From an uncultured delta proteobacterium (GTDB taxonomy: Bacteria > Desulfobacterota > BSN033 > UBA1163), in NCBI GenBank assembly GCA_963827685.1, contig CAWHBU010000002.1, positions 256,001-320,000 on the forward strand: a stretch of DNA of 64,000 bases. Direction: 5' to 3'. The notes under the pieces are model-generated. The model was not told where the DNA came from, searched no databases, and saw only the letters and a list, made by a program, of their open reading frames with translations. Numbering within the stretch: position 1 is the stretch's first letter; every line of letters starts with the position of its first letter. Below are positions 20,261 to 29,326 of the stretch, piece after piece. The translations under genes and the position numbers were made by a program.

Positions 20261-21664
20261 ATGGTAATTCGTCCATCCATTTTAGTTGTCGATGATGAAC
20301 CCAATTCCCTTTTTGGGATTTGTCAGGTTTTAACCGATGAAGGATTTCAAACCATTCCAGCAAAAGATGGGAGAGAAGCGTTAGAAAAACTGAAAACCGA
20401 TTCAGTCAGTCTTATCATCACAGATGAAAAAATGCCTGACCTGAGTGGGATGGAGCTTCTTTCAGAGGTTAAGAAAACACATCCGCACATTCCATTGATT
20501 CTGATCACGGCTTATGGTTCAGTTTTCATGGCTGTCGAAGCGTTGAAAAAGGGCGCCTTTTATTTCTTCGAAAAGCCTATCTTTGATAAGCTGGAAAGGT
20601 TTTTTATCATCATCCGGCAGGCCCTCAAAACGCAAGAGATGGAAAGGGAGATCGACTCTCTTCGAAAGGAAGTCACTGAGAAATATTCTTTTCCCAACAT
20701 CATCGGAAGACATCCCAAGATGCTGGAGGTTTTTGAGATTATTAGCAGAGTTGCGGAAACGGATACGACGGTTCTGATCCAGGGGGAGAGTGGGACCGGA
20801 AAAGATCTCATTGCAAAAACCATCCATTACAATAGCATGAGAAGAGAAAAACCCTTGGTCACAGTCAATTGCGGAGCCTTGACGGAGAGCCTTCTCACCA
20901 GTGAACTATTTGGTCATAGGAAGGGAGCATTTACAGGTGCTGTCAGGGATACCATCGGTCGCTTCCAGGCTGCAGATGGAGGAACAGTGGTCTTAGATGA
21001 AATTGGTGAGATTCCGGTCAATCTTCAAAAGACACTTTTAAGGGTGATTGAGGAGAAAGAGTTCGAAAGGGTCGGAGATAGTCAACCGACAAAAGTTGAT
21101 ATTCGAATCATTTCTACTACCAATCGAAATCTTCAGGAGGAGGTAGCCAAAGGGAATTTCAGAGAAGACCTTTATTATAGACTGAGTATCGTTCCCATGA
21201 CCCTTCCACCCTTAAGAGAACGCACTTCGGATATTCCTTTATTGGTCAACTATTTTCTTAAGAAATTCCAGGAGGGGAGAACTCCCGTTAGGATCGAAAC
21301 AGAAGTGATTGAACAATTGAAAACGTTTTCTTGGTCTGGAAACGTAAGGGAGTTAACTAATATTATTCAGCAAATGGTGGTGTTCTGTAGAAGAAATACC
21401 ATTACTATCGAAGATCTTCCACCCCATCTTTTTCTAAAAGAGGGGAGTATTCAAAAGGGAGAGGGGGGGAAGGTCCAATTGATTAAGATGGTTTCTGACC
21501 TCGAAAAAAAGTGGATTGTCAGCAAGCTGAAAGAAACCGATTGGAACCAGGAAAAAACAGCAAGACTTCTCGGAATTACCCGAAAAATGCTTACTAATCG
21601 AATTAATAAGTACCATATCAAACAACAAAAGAATAGATGGTCCAATCCTAAAATTTGGCAGTAA
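20261..21664 (+). CDS. NtrC-family sigma-54 response regulator
   Basis: Receiver, GESGTGKD, GAFTGA, LDEIGE, FREDLYYRL and Fis-type HTH. Confidence 0.93.
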   Translation: MVIRPSILVVDDEPNSLFGICQVLTDEGFQTIPAKDGREALEKLKTDSVSLIITDEKMPDLSGMELLSEVKKTHPHIPLILITAYGSVFMAVEALKKGAFYFFEKPIFDKLERFFIIIRQALKTQEMEREIDSLRKEVTEKYSFPNIIGRHPKMLEVFEIISRVAETDTTVLIQGESGTGKDLIAKTIHYNSMRREKPLVTVNCGALTESLLTSELFGHRKGAFTGAVRDTIGRFQAADGGTVVLDEIGEIPVNLQKTLLRVIEEKEFERVGDSQPTKVDIRIISTTNRNLQEEVAKGNFREDLYYRLSIVPMTLPPLRERTSDIPLLVNYFLKKFQEGRTPVRIETEVIEQLKTFSWSGNVRELTNIIQQMVVFCRRNTITIEDLPPHLFLKEGSIQKGEGGKVQLIKMVSDLEKKWIVSKLKETDWNQEKTARLLGITRKMLTNRINKYHIKQQKNRWSNPKIWQ

Positions 21665-21671
21665 ATTTGCA

Positions 21672-22559
21672 GTGAGATTTCCCATGCCTGATAACTGGAT
21701 TCTATTAATAGACCCGTTTAAGAACCTCCTAAATGCTTATCGCATGATCTTAGAAGAAGAAAAATATTTGGTCGAGACGGCACTCAATTTAAAGGATGCA
21801 TATGAACTTCTTAAGAAGAAGCAATATTCTGTTATTATTACGGAATATTGCCCTCCATTTGATACGACCGATTATATGATACAATGGGTGAAAAAGAATG
21901 CTCCTGGAACCTATATCATCATTGTTACCAACGCTATCGTCGACGAAGAGACTTACGGAAAACTTTTTGATATAGGGGTTGATGATTTTATTTTGAAACC
22001 CTATTCTCCAGAGAGGATTCTCGTCCATGTGAAGAAAGGTTTAAAACAAAGGGATTTTATTATTCGGATGCAAGAATTGGAAAAGCTTAGCCTGCTTGAG
22101 CCAATCACTCAAAAGATCCAAGGGCTTATATTCAATGCAATCTTTTTTAAAAGGTGCCTTCGTCAAGAAATTAAGAAAGCAAAGCGTCATCACCATCCGT
22201 TTTCACTATTAATCATGCGAATGCCGAACAAGGAAAGAATAGGTGATCGCTTTGACAGTTTTTACATGGAACTTGTAAAAATTGTCAAAAGTCATACAAG
22301 AGAAGAAGATATGGTTGGTAAAGACAATGGTGAAATAGGTATCATTCTCCCCGAGACAGACCAAATCGGATCTGAGGCTTTAATGCAAAGGCTGTTGAAC
22401 TTAATTTATACCTCCCCCCAATTCAAATCCGACAACGTTATAAGACCCTACATTCAAGCCCTCTCTTTCCAATCCTTTACATATCCGAATCAGTTTTCCA
22501 TTCCTGATAGTCTAAAGACTGTTTTGGAGGAGGTAGATAAAGCATCCCTACCTCATTGA
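21672..22559 (+). CDS. Atypical receiver plus degenerate GGDEF-like domain protein
   Basis: Receiver with IITEY in place of the phospho-Asp; C-terminal 'TREEDMVGK..GEIGIILPET' is GGDEF-fold without GG(D/E)EF. Confidence 0.7.
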   Translation: MRFPMPDNWILLIDPFKNLLNAYRMILEEEKYLVETALNLKDAYELLKKKQYSVIITEYCPPFDTTDYMIQWVKKNAPGTYIIIVTNAIVDEETYGKLFDIGVDDFILKPYSPERILVHVKKGLKQRDFIIRMQELEKLSLLEPITQKIQGLIFNAIFFKRCLRQEIKKAKRHHHPFSLLIMRMPNKERIGDRFDSFYMELVKIVKSHTREEDMVGKDNGEIGIILPETDQIGSEALMQRLLNLIYTSPQFKSDNVIRPYIQALSFQSFTYPNQFSIPDSLKTVLEEVDKASLPH

Positions 22560-22720
22560 TCCATCCTTAATGAATCCCTTTTAGCTCAACGATAAAACCA
22601 ATAGAAATTATTTAGCAATTTAGGCACCGTGAACCTTTTGGCTCAATGATTGTGCCAAAGGGTCAATTTTAATAAAATTGAAAAATTTATGATGGCCCCT
22701 CCCGTAAAATAATCTTTTAA

Positions 22721-22773
22721 AATCAATGAGTTAAAAAATTGGATAAAATATCGTTAGTTGGTATAGTAATTGC
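22721..22773 (+). promoter_or_regulatory. IHF site plus sigma-54 promoter
   Basis: AATCAATGAGTTA (WATCAANNNNTTR) at 22721-22733 and TGGTATAGTAATTGC (GG-N10-GC) at 22759-22773. Confidence 0.7.
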
Positions 22774-22811
22774 GTTACTGATTGAAATTTTGATTTCTAA
22801 CGATTACCTTT

Positions 22812-23306
22812 ATGCCGAAAGAAACGATTCTCATACTGGATAGAGAATTTCACGCCCAATGGACGTTAAAAACAATATTGGAAAGCGAAAAATATATTGT
22901 CCTATCTGTAGATACAATTGAAAGAGCCTTACAAAATTTTCAAGAGTTTGAAGTGTCCGGCCTGATCACCGAGTATCGAATTGATCAAGCCTATACTCCT
23001 AAAATCATTCGAGAACTAAAAAAGAGTTTTCCGGAGCTCTATGTCATGATGCTGACGCATGAAAATTTAGAAGAGAACGAATATGGGAAAATCATGAGTT
23101 CTGGTACCGATGATTTTTTTCTAAAGCCAATCTCGAGCGAAAAGATTCTAATCCATCTGGAGAAGGGGCTGAGACAGCGCAAAATCCTTCTTCAAAAAAG
23201 GCACTTGGAGCAAAGATTGAATGAAATAAAAACGAATGGAAGTGGTCGAGAGGACGTTCTGAGTACAAATGGTCTGTCTCACAATAAATCGTTCACTGCA
23301 AGATAG
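22812..23306 (+). CDS. Atypical single-domain response regulator
   Basis: Receiver fold with LITEY at the phospho-site, MLT and DDFFLKP. Confidence 0.75.
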   Translation: MPKETILILDREFHAQWTLKTILESEKYIVLSVDTIERALQNFQEFEVSGLITEYRIDQAYTPKIIRELKKSFPELYVMMLTHENLEENEYGKIMSSGTDDFFLKPISSEKILIHLEKGLRQRKILLQKRHLEQRLNEIKTNGSGREDVLSTNGLSHNKSFTAR

Positions 23307-23331
23307 AAAATTAACTATTGGGGGTAAGAAA

Positions 23332-25041
23332 ATGGAATTAAGTATCCTACCAAAGAGATCTGAGATATCCTCTAAAGTTCTCTATCCGCTTGATAAGAAG
23401 AGTAGAGCCTATACACTTTTTCAGAAGGTTCAAGGAGCGATGCATAATGTCCCTAATTTTGGTGAAACTTGCAGAGCCATTTTGGATGCTGTGATGGATG
23501 AAATGGATGCGGAAAACTGTTCTCTGATGTTGAAAGATCCGATCTCCGGCGATTTAACTATCTGTGCGGCCCGTGGAAAGAATGAAGGGAAGAGTGTTTT
23601 TTACCCTGATCGATCAGGCAATGGGAGAAGATTTAAGTCAGGAGAAGGGGTTGCAGGGTGGGTTCTGAGAGAGGGACAAGCCGTAATGCTGAATGACGTC
23701 CGTCAAGAACCTCGTTTTGTAAGTGTGGCAGGACTGAATGACAATGGTAGTAGTAATAATAAGGTTAATTCCCTAATCTGTTTTCCGATACGAGAGAGGG
23801 ATCAGGTTGTCGGAGTTTTCAACCTCAGTCATTCTAAGAAAGGAGCTTTTAATGAAGGGGATAAATTGGCTCTTGCCTATATTTCCAACCAAGTGGGGGC
23901 TGCCCTGACCTCCGCCCGTTTCTTTTTGGAAATCAAGGAAGTGAACCGGTTGATCAGGGATTCCAGGGAAGTTTTTTCAAAAGAAAAAGTTGTTCCAATC
24001 TCTCCTACTTCCTCTTCGACTTTTATTGAGGTAGGCGAAGTAACTCGAGAGGAAGGGATCTTTATTTACACCAGTGACAAGATGCATCGAATTAAAGAGA
24101 TCGTTGACCAGATAGCCAATACCGATGTTACGGTGCTCGTCCAAGGCGAGAGCGGGGTGGGTAAAGAGGTGGTGGCACGTTCTATTCACCTCAATTCTTT
24201 TCGCAGAGAAAGACCATTTGTTAAGGTGAATTGTGCTGCTCTACCTCAGGAACTTCTGGAAAGCGAGCTTTTCGGTTATGAAAAAGGTGCGTTTACAGGG
24301 GCCTATCGTCAGAAACCGGGGAAATTTGAATTGGCCAATGGTGGGACGATTTTCTTGGATGAAATTTCAGAGATGAGCCTGTCTCTCCAGGGGAAACTTC
24401 TCCAGGTTCTTCAGGACGGAGAGTTTTCGAGATTAGGGGGGAAGAAGGACGTCCGAGTGGATGTGCGAGTATTAGTAGCGACGAATAGAAACATGGAAGA
24501 GGGCGTCAAGAATGGTCGATTCCGTGAAGATCTTTATTATCGGTTGAATGTCGTCAATATCACTATTCCTCCCTTGAGAGAGAGGAGAGAGGAGATCCCG
24601 ATCTTTGTTGAGTATTTTTTGGATAAATTTGGTAAGAAATATCAAAAGAAGGTAACCCCGTTATCTGATAAGATGATGAAGGCTTTTTCCCAGCACTATT
24701 GGTCAGGAAATGTGCGGGAGTTGGAGAATATGATCCAACGGTTTGTTGTCTTGGGGAATGAAAGGGCAATCATTGAAGAATTGACTCCTGCGGCCCGGGA
24801 AGATTCTATCCCGGAGAACAATAAAAAGATGGTTCCGGCAAAAAAGGTTTGGCCTTCTTTGAAGGAGGTTCATCAGGAAGCCAGTAAAAAGGCCGAGTCT
24901 GAGATCATGCTTAGAGCTTTGGAGATGACCAATTGGAACCGTAAGAAGGCAGCCGATATATTAAATATTAGTTATAAAGCCCTTCTCTATAAAATTAAAG
25001 AAACCGGTCTCGATAAGCGATTTATTCCCCAAGCATCGTAA
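23332..25041 (+). CDS. GAF-domain sigma-54 enhancer-binding protein
   Basis: GAF (GEGVAGWV..NDV..EPRF..SLICFPI), GESGVGKE, GAFTGA, FLDEISE and HTH. Confidence 0.92.
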   Translation: MELSILPKRSEISSKVLYPLDKKSRAYTLFQKVQGAMHNVPNFGETCRAILDAVMDEMDAENCSLMLKDPISGDLTICAARGKNEGKSVFYPDRSGNGRRFKSGEGVAGWVLREGQAVMLNDVRQEPRFVSVAGLNDNGSSNNKVNSLICFPIRERDQVVGVFNLSHSKKGAFNEGDKLALAYISNQVGAALTSARFFLEIKEVNRLIRDSREVFSKEKVVPISPTSSSTFIEVGEVTREEGIFIYTSDKMHRIKEIVDQIANTDVTVLVQGESGVGKEVVARSIHLNSFRRERPFVKVNCAALPQELLESELFGYEKGAFTGAYRQKPGKFELANGGTIFLDEISEMSLSLQGKLLQVLQDGEFSRLGGKKDVRVDVRVLVATNRNMEEGVKNGRFREDLYYRLNVVNITIPPLRERREEIPIFVEYFLDKFGKKYQKKVTPLSDKMMKAFSQHYWSGNVRELENMIQRFVVLGNERAIIEELTPAAREDSIPENNKKMVPAKKVWPSLKEVHQEASKKAESEIMLRALEMTNWNRKKAADILNISYKALLYKIKETGLDKRFIPQAS

Positions 25042-25335
25042 ATTTTACCCCTTACTTCAAACTTTGTGGGAGAAGAACGATCAAGGAATCGCAGCGGATC
25101 ATAATTTATTATTAACGGTTTCATTTTTGGCGGAGAGAATTTGAGGGAAGAGAATCAAATTTCTGCTTTCGACGAAGAATGAATGAAAGTGGAACTGATT
25201 TTCCACTTTTTCCAACTATTTTTCTACGTTTTCCCCCCTATTTCTTAAGAGGCCAAGAAGCTTTTTCACAATCGAGGCAAGAAAAATCTGTTAATTTTCA
25301 AGGGATTAGTCAATATGTAAGAAACTATCTTTTAT

Positions 25336-25350
25336 TGGCATATAGATTGC
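25336..25350 (+). promoter_or_regulatory. Sigma-54 -24/-12 promoter
   Basis: TGGCATATAGATTGC closely matches TGGCA-N6-TTGC, just before ATG 25367. Confidence 0.75.
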
Positions 25351-25366
25351 TCTTTTTCTGATTCTG

Positions 25367-26395
25367 ATGAAGGACATTTACCCAATCATTTTCTCTAATA
25401 GTTCTAAGATGACTAAAATCAAGGCGATCGCTGATGAAATCGCTAAGACCGATATTACGGTTTTGATTAAGGGTGAGAGTGGGACAGGGAAAGAGCTACT
25501 GGCCCAGACCATCCATCTGGATTCTCACCGGAGGGATAAACCCTTTGTTAAAGTAAATTGCGCAGCCATCCCTAAAGGACTCCTTGAAAGTGAGCTCTTT
25601 GGGTTTGAAAAAGGGGCCTTTACAGGAGCCCATTTAGAAAAACCGGGGAAGTTCGAATTGGCTAATCGTGGGACGATCTTGCTGAACGATATCGGCGAAA
25701 TAGACATTTCCATTCAGGCAAAACTATTGCAAGTCCTTCAAGATGGAGTGTTTTCCCGTTTAGGAGGGAATGGAGATGTGACGGTGGATACCCGTGTGAT
25801 TGCTACCACCAAAGATCATTTAGAAAAGACGATGATGGAAGGGCGTTTCCGCGAAGACCTATTTTTCAGGATCAATGTGATCAACATCACCGTTCCACCT
25901 TTGCGGGATCGCAAGGAGCAAATTCTTCCCCTTTCCCAGTATTATTTCAATTTTTACAAAAAGAAATATGGAAGAGAAGCCCCGCCGTTATCATCAATGA
26001 TGATCAATGCGTTTAATGAATATGATTGGCCTGGGAACATCCGTGAATTAGAAAATATGATAAAACGGATCGTCCTATTTGGTGAAGAGGAATCGGTCCT
26101 ACATAGCGTTTCGGGTGAAAGGGTGGATGACGGAAGTAATCCTGAGTCCAACGGAAGTTTATTACCCAACGCCTCAGCAGAAAATAAATCATTGAACTTG
26201 AAAGAGGTTGGGAAAAAAGCGGCTGAAGTTGCAGAAAAAGAGATTATTCAAAGCACGTTACTAGAGACACATTGGAACCGAAAAAAGGCCGCTAAATTAC
26301 TACGCGTGAGTTATAAGGCATTGCTGTATAAGATTCAAAAATACCATTTAGATGATCTGAGAGCATATCGAACGGTGGAAGAAGAGGCCGGTTGA
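25367..26395 (+). CDS. Sigma-54 enhancer-binding protein lacking a sensory domain
   Basis: Starts directly at the AAA+ domain; GESGTGKE, GAFTGA, altered Walker B LLNDIGE, HTH. Confidence 0.88.
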   Translation: MKDIYPIIFSNSSKMTKIKAIADEIAKTDITVLIKGESGTGKELLAQTIHLDSHRRDKPFVKVNCAAIPKGLLESELFGFEKGAFTGAHLEKPGKFELANRGTILLNDIGEIDISIQAKLLQVLQDGVFSRLGGNGDVTVDTRVIATTKDHLEKTMMEGRFREDLFFRINVINITVPPLRDRKEQILPLSQYYFNFYKKKYGREAPPLSSMMINAFNEYDWPGNIRELENMIKRIVLFGEEESVLHSVSGERVDDGSNPESNGSLLPNASAENKSLNLKEVGKKAAEVAEKEIIQSTLLETHWNRKKAAKLLRVSYKALLYKIQKYHLDDLRAYRTVEEEAG

Positions 26396-26457
26396 AAAAT
26401 TGGAATAGGATTATTTCAAGCATAGGTTGAGAATTGGAGCATGAGGGAGAGCCGGGG

Positions 26458-26919
26458 ATGGAAAATCGGGGGGGTAGGTTTCCAAGCGGATCAGAGGAAA
26501 CATTCGGCAGAATTCTGAATCGAGATTTATTCCTTTTCCTTTTAGACCTCGAGGTGAAGCGTGGGCGACGTTATCAGAATTTTCTCTGCCTGATGCTCCT
26601 AAAAATTAAACAATTTTCACAAGAGGGTGATGGGGGAGGTTTACGGGCTTGCAACCGGACACTAAGTCATCTATTAGCGGAAGAGATACGTGAAAGTGAC
26701 ATCATCGGCTCTATTGAATTAAATAAATTAGCGGTCCTTCTTCCTTATGCGGATGAGAAAGCGGGAGCTTCGGTCAAATCGCGATTCGAAGATACGCTGA
26801 AATATTATGACTTTAAAAGTAAAGGGTTTGAAATCATGATCGATCAAGTCTGTTTCCCAGTTAATGGGACGGATGCGTTAGACCTTATTAAAAAGGCACT
26901 TGGTGGAGAATCTGCGTAA
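26458..26919 (+). CDS. Degenerate GGDEF-like domain protein
   Basis: LDLEVKRGRRYQ..L.LMLL...IRESDIIG...LAVLLP fold pattern with no GG(D/E)EF. Confidence 0.6.
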   Translation: MENRGGRFPSGSEETFGRILNRDLFLFLLDLEVKRGRRYQNFLCLMLLKIKQFSQEGDGGGLRACNRTLSHLLAEEIRESDIIGSIELNKLAVLLPYADEKAGASVKSRFEDTLKYYDFKSKGFEIMIDQVCFPVNGTDALDLIKKALGGESA

Positions 26920-26979
26920 GTTAATTAACTATTTGAAAAGCCCTCCTGCCGCAGACAGGCAGGCTTAACCAGACTTTAA

Positions 26980-27612
26980 ATGGCAAGGAGTGATAGGATG
27001 AGAAAATTATTGAATATCGGAGTGATGGTGGCATTGATATTATTAATAATGACCAACATGGGCTACCCTCAAACGGATAATGAAACTCCTCCGAAAAAGG
27101 AAGCCCAGGCTGAAATAACTCCTGACAGCGGCAGTTACGTGATTGGCCCTGAAGATGTTCTGTACATCCATGTTTGGAGAGAAGAGACCTTATCGAGAAC
27201 TGTTCCGGTAAGAGTGGATGGAAATATTTCCCTTCCGATCATTAATGAAATTAGGGCGGCTGGGCTAACGCCTCTTCAATTGAAGGAGGCATTGACCGTG
27301 AGATTAAAAGAATTTATTGAAAGCCCAAATGTTTCTGTGACCGTGATGGAGGCCAACAGTTTCAAGGTCTATGTTTCCGGGCAAGTCAGGACTCCGGGAG
27401 TCTATCGCCTTCGAAGTGAGACGACTGTCCTGCAGATCATCCCTATGGCGGGCGGGTTTACAGAATGGGCCAACCAAAAGAAAATCCTAATCATTCGGAG
27501 AGAAAACGGTAAGGAGAAGCGAATCACTGTTAATTACAAAAAAATTATGAAAGGTGACGATGCAGGTTCCAACATTACGTTAAAACCGGGCGATACGGTT
27601 ATTGTCCCATGA
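26980..27612 (+). CDS. Polysaccharide export protein (Wza/OPX family)
   Basis: YVIGPEDVL, VRVDGNISLP, SLBB (GQVRTPG, AGGFTEWA) and LKPGDTVIVP motifs. Confidence 0.9.
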   Translation: MARSDRMRKLLNIGVMVALILLIMTNMGYPQTDNETPPKKEAQAEITPDSGSYVIGPEDVLYIHVWREETLSRTVPVRVDGNISLPIINEIRAAGLTPLQLKEALTVRLKEFIESPNVSVTVMEANSFKVYVSGQVRTPGVYRLRSETTVLQIIPMAGGFTEWANQKKILIIRRENGKEKRITVNYKKIMKGDDAGSNITLKPGDTVIVP

Positions 27613-27617
27613 CAGAA

Positions 27618-27890
27618 GCACGCAAAGCGCATAGAGCATGGCGTAATGAAGACCCGTTAGGCGTAAGGGGAAGTAACCCAAAACCCTGCCTTCCCTCCCA
27701 CTTGACGGGGACACAAAACTTTCCCTCCCACTTGACGGGGGAGGGTGAGGGTGGGGGTGAGAGCGTAGCCTCGACGTTCCTGCCCCGCGGCAGGCAGGCA
27801 CTGCCGACGGGTCTTAAGAAGAGAAAGGGGTAGAAACCCAATGAACCCAATAGACTCAAAGAACCCAATGAACTTAACAAACCGACTAAC
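27618..27890. repeat. Stack of 7-bp arrays, REP-like palindromes and a 9-bp array
   Basis: AAGCGCA/TAGAGCA units, GCGTAAG units, 20-bp direct repeat TTCCCTCCCACTTGACGGGG (27691 and 27721), CCTGCC..GGCAGG, AACCCAATG units. Confidence 0.7.
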
Positions 27891-29217
27891 CTGGTTTGGT
27901 AGGTTTATTTTTATTTTATTAATCTTATTGGCCCCTTCGATGGTTTATGCGGATTGGGGGGATATGCTCTCCAGATTTCAATTTTATGGCACTGTCCAGG
28001 AGACATACGATAACAACGTCAACCTTACGCCGAGGGACAAGAAGGATGATTTTATCACCACAGTTTCCCTCGGGTTAAGATTCTCCACGCTGCCGCGGTC
28101 TGAGACGACCGGTGGATTTCTGCCCCCTTCTGCTACTGAAGAGACAAGGTACGGGATCTACTTAGACTTTCTTCCTAGCTATCTCTTTTACGCAAAAGGC
28201 ACGAGTGACAATTATCTCAGTCTCTCCGGAAACCTGAACGCCTGGTATACGTGGGATAGAAAGCTGACGTTCCGAGTCAGAGATTATTTGATCCGATCTG
28301 AAGAACCTTTGGAGAGAAATTTCTCCGCCGACGCTTTACCAGGCCAAATCCTCCTCGGAAGCCAAAGGGGAAGGCCCATCTATATCCGAAACGTGGCCGA
28401 ACCTTCTCTCGAATATCGGTTTGGCAGGGAAGACATCATCTCGGTCAATTACTTGAACAATGTCTACAGAAATCAAGAGAGTTCCCTTTTCGAGGATAGC
28501 ACGGAAAACTACATCAACCCTAAGATCACTTACTGGTTCAATATTAGGCATGGGGTGTCTTTAGAATATGCCCTCGACCTGGGTGATTTTCATCGTTCTC
28601 CTGACATGACAGGGAATCTGGGTAAGGGCCGTTACACCTATCGTTTTGACCCGAGGGCCTCGGTTTTTGGAGAATACACCTTCCAGAGACGAGAATTTGA
28701 AAAGCAAGTTTCGGTACCTACCTTGGATTACGATATCCACGCACCGGCGATTGGCTTCGAATATGCTTTTAGCCCGACTCTCTCTCTTACCGCAAAATTC
28801 GGCTATTTCTGGCAAATCGTACAGAGAGGATCGAATGAGGCCGGGCCGCTTTACGACATCCTTATCACACAGCGCGCTCAAAAAACCACCTATACTCTCG
28901 GCTTCCGAGGCGGATATACCGAGGACTACTTTACAGCTCAGAATCTTGGGTTTGCGAAGTACAACCAGGTGATCGGAACGATCACCCACCAACTCATGGA
29001 AAGATTGGCTGTAACCTTTTCAGGCCGTTATCAAAGGCCTAAGTTTAATGACGGACGGTTAGACAACATATGGGGCGTCACAACGGGTGTCTCTTATCGA
29101 ATCCTAAGATGGCTGACCCTTGGCCTCGATTTCTCCTATACAGAAGATCATTCGAATAGAGAAGTAAATAATTATACCGATTTTATGGGAATTTTTCGGA
29201 TAACAGCCACATACTAA
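27841..29217 (+). CDS. Outer-membrane beta-barrel protein of EPS export
   Basis: Signal peptide, YDNNV..DDFIT motif, alternating aromatic strands, C-terminal Y; start uncertain because the N-terminus is repeat-derived. Confidence 0.75.
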   Translation: MNPIDSKNPMNLTNRLTWFGRFIFILLILLAPSMVYADWGDMLSRFQFYGTVQETYDNNVNLTPRDKKDDFITTVSLGLRFSTLPRSETTGGFLPPSATEETRYGIYLDFLPSYLFYAKGTSDNYLSLSGNLNAWYTWDRKLTFRVRDYLIRSEEPLERNFSADALPGQILLGSQRGRPIYIRNVAEPSLEYRFGREDIISVNYLNNVYRNQESSLFEDSTENYINPKITYWFNIRHGVSLEYALDLGDFHRSPDMTGNLGKGRYTYRFDPRASVFGEYTFQRREFEKQVSVPTLDYDIHAPAIGFEYAFSPTLSLTAKFGYFWQIVQRGSNEAGPLYDILITQRAQKTTYTLGFRGGYTEDYFTAQNLGFAKYNQVIGTITHQLMERLAVTFSGRYQRPKFNDGRLDNIWGVTTGVSYRILRWLTLGLDFSYTEDHSNREVNNYTDFMGIFRITATY

Positions 29218-29326
29218 TGTGACTGGTATAGTCATTTATAGGATAAATAAATGGACTCAAGTAACCCAATAGACACAAGTAACTCAATGAACTTTGCAGC
29301 AGCACAGCAACACTGAGGAGTAAACT

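Noticed and set aside
27580-27880. Short ORFs 27580-27801, 27599-27880 and 27609-27833
   Set aside because: They are translations of REP-like and periodic repeats with no protein-family features.
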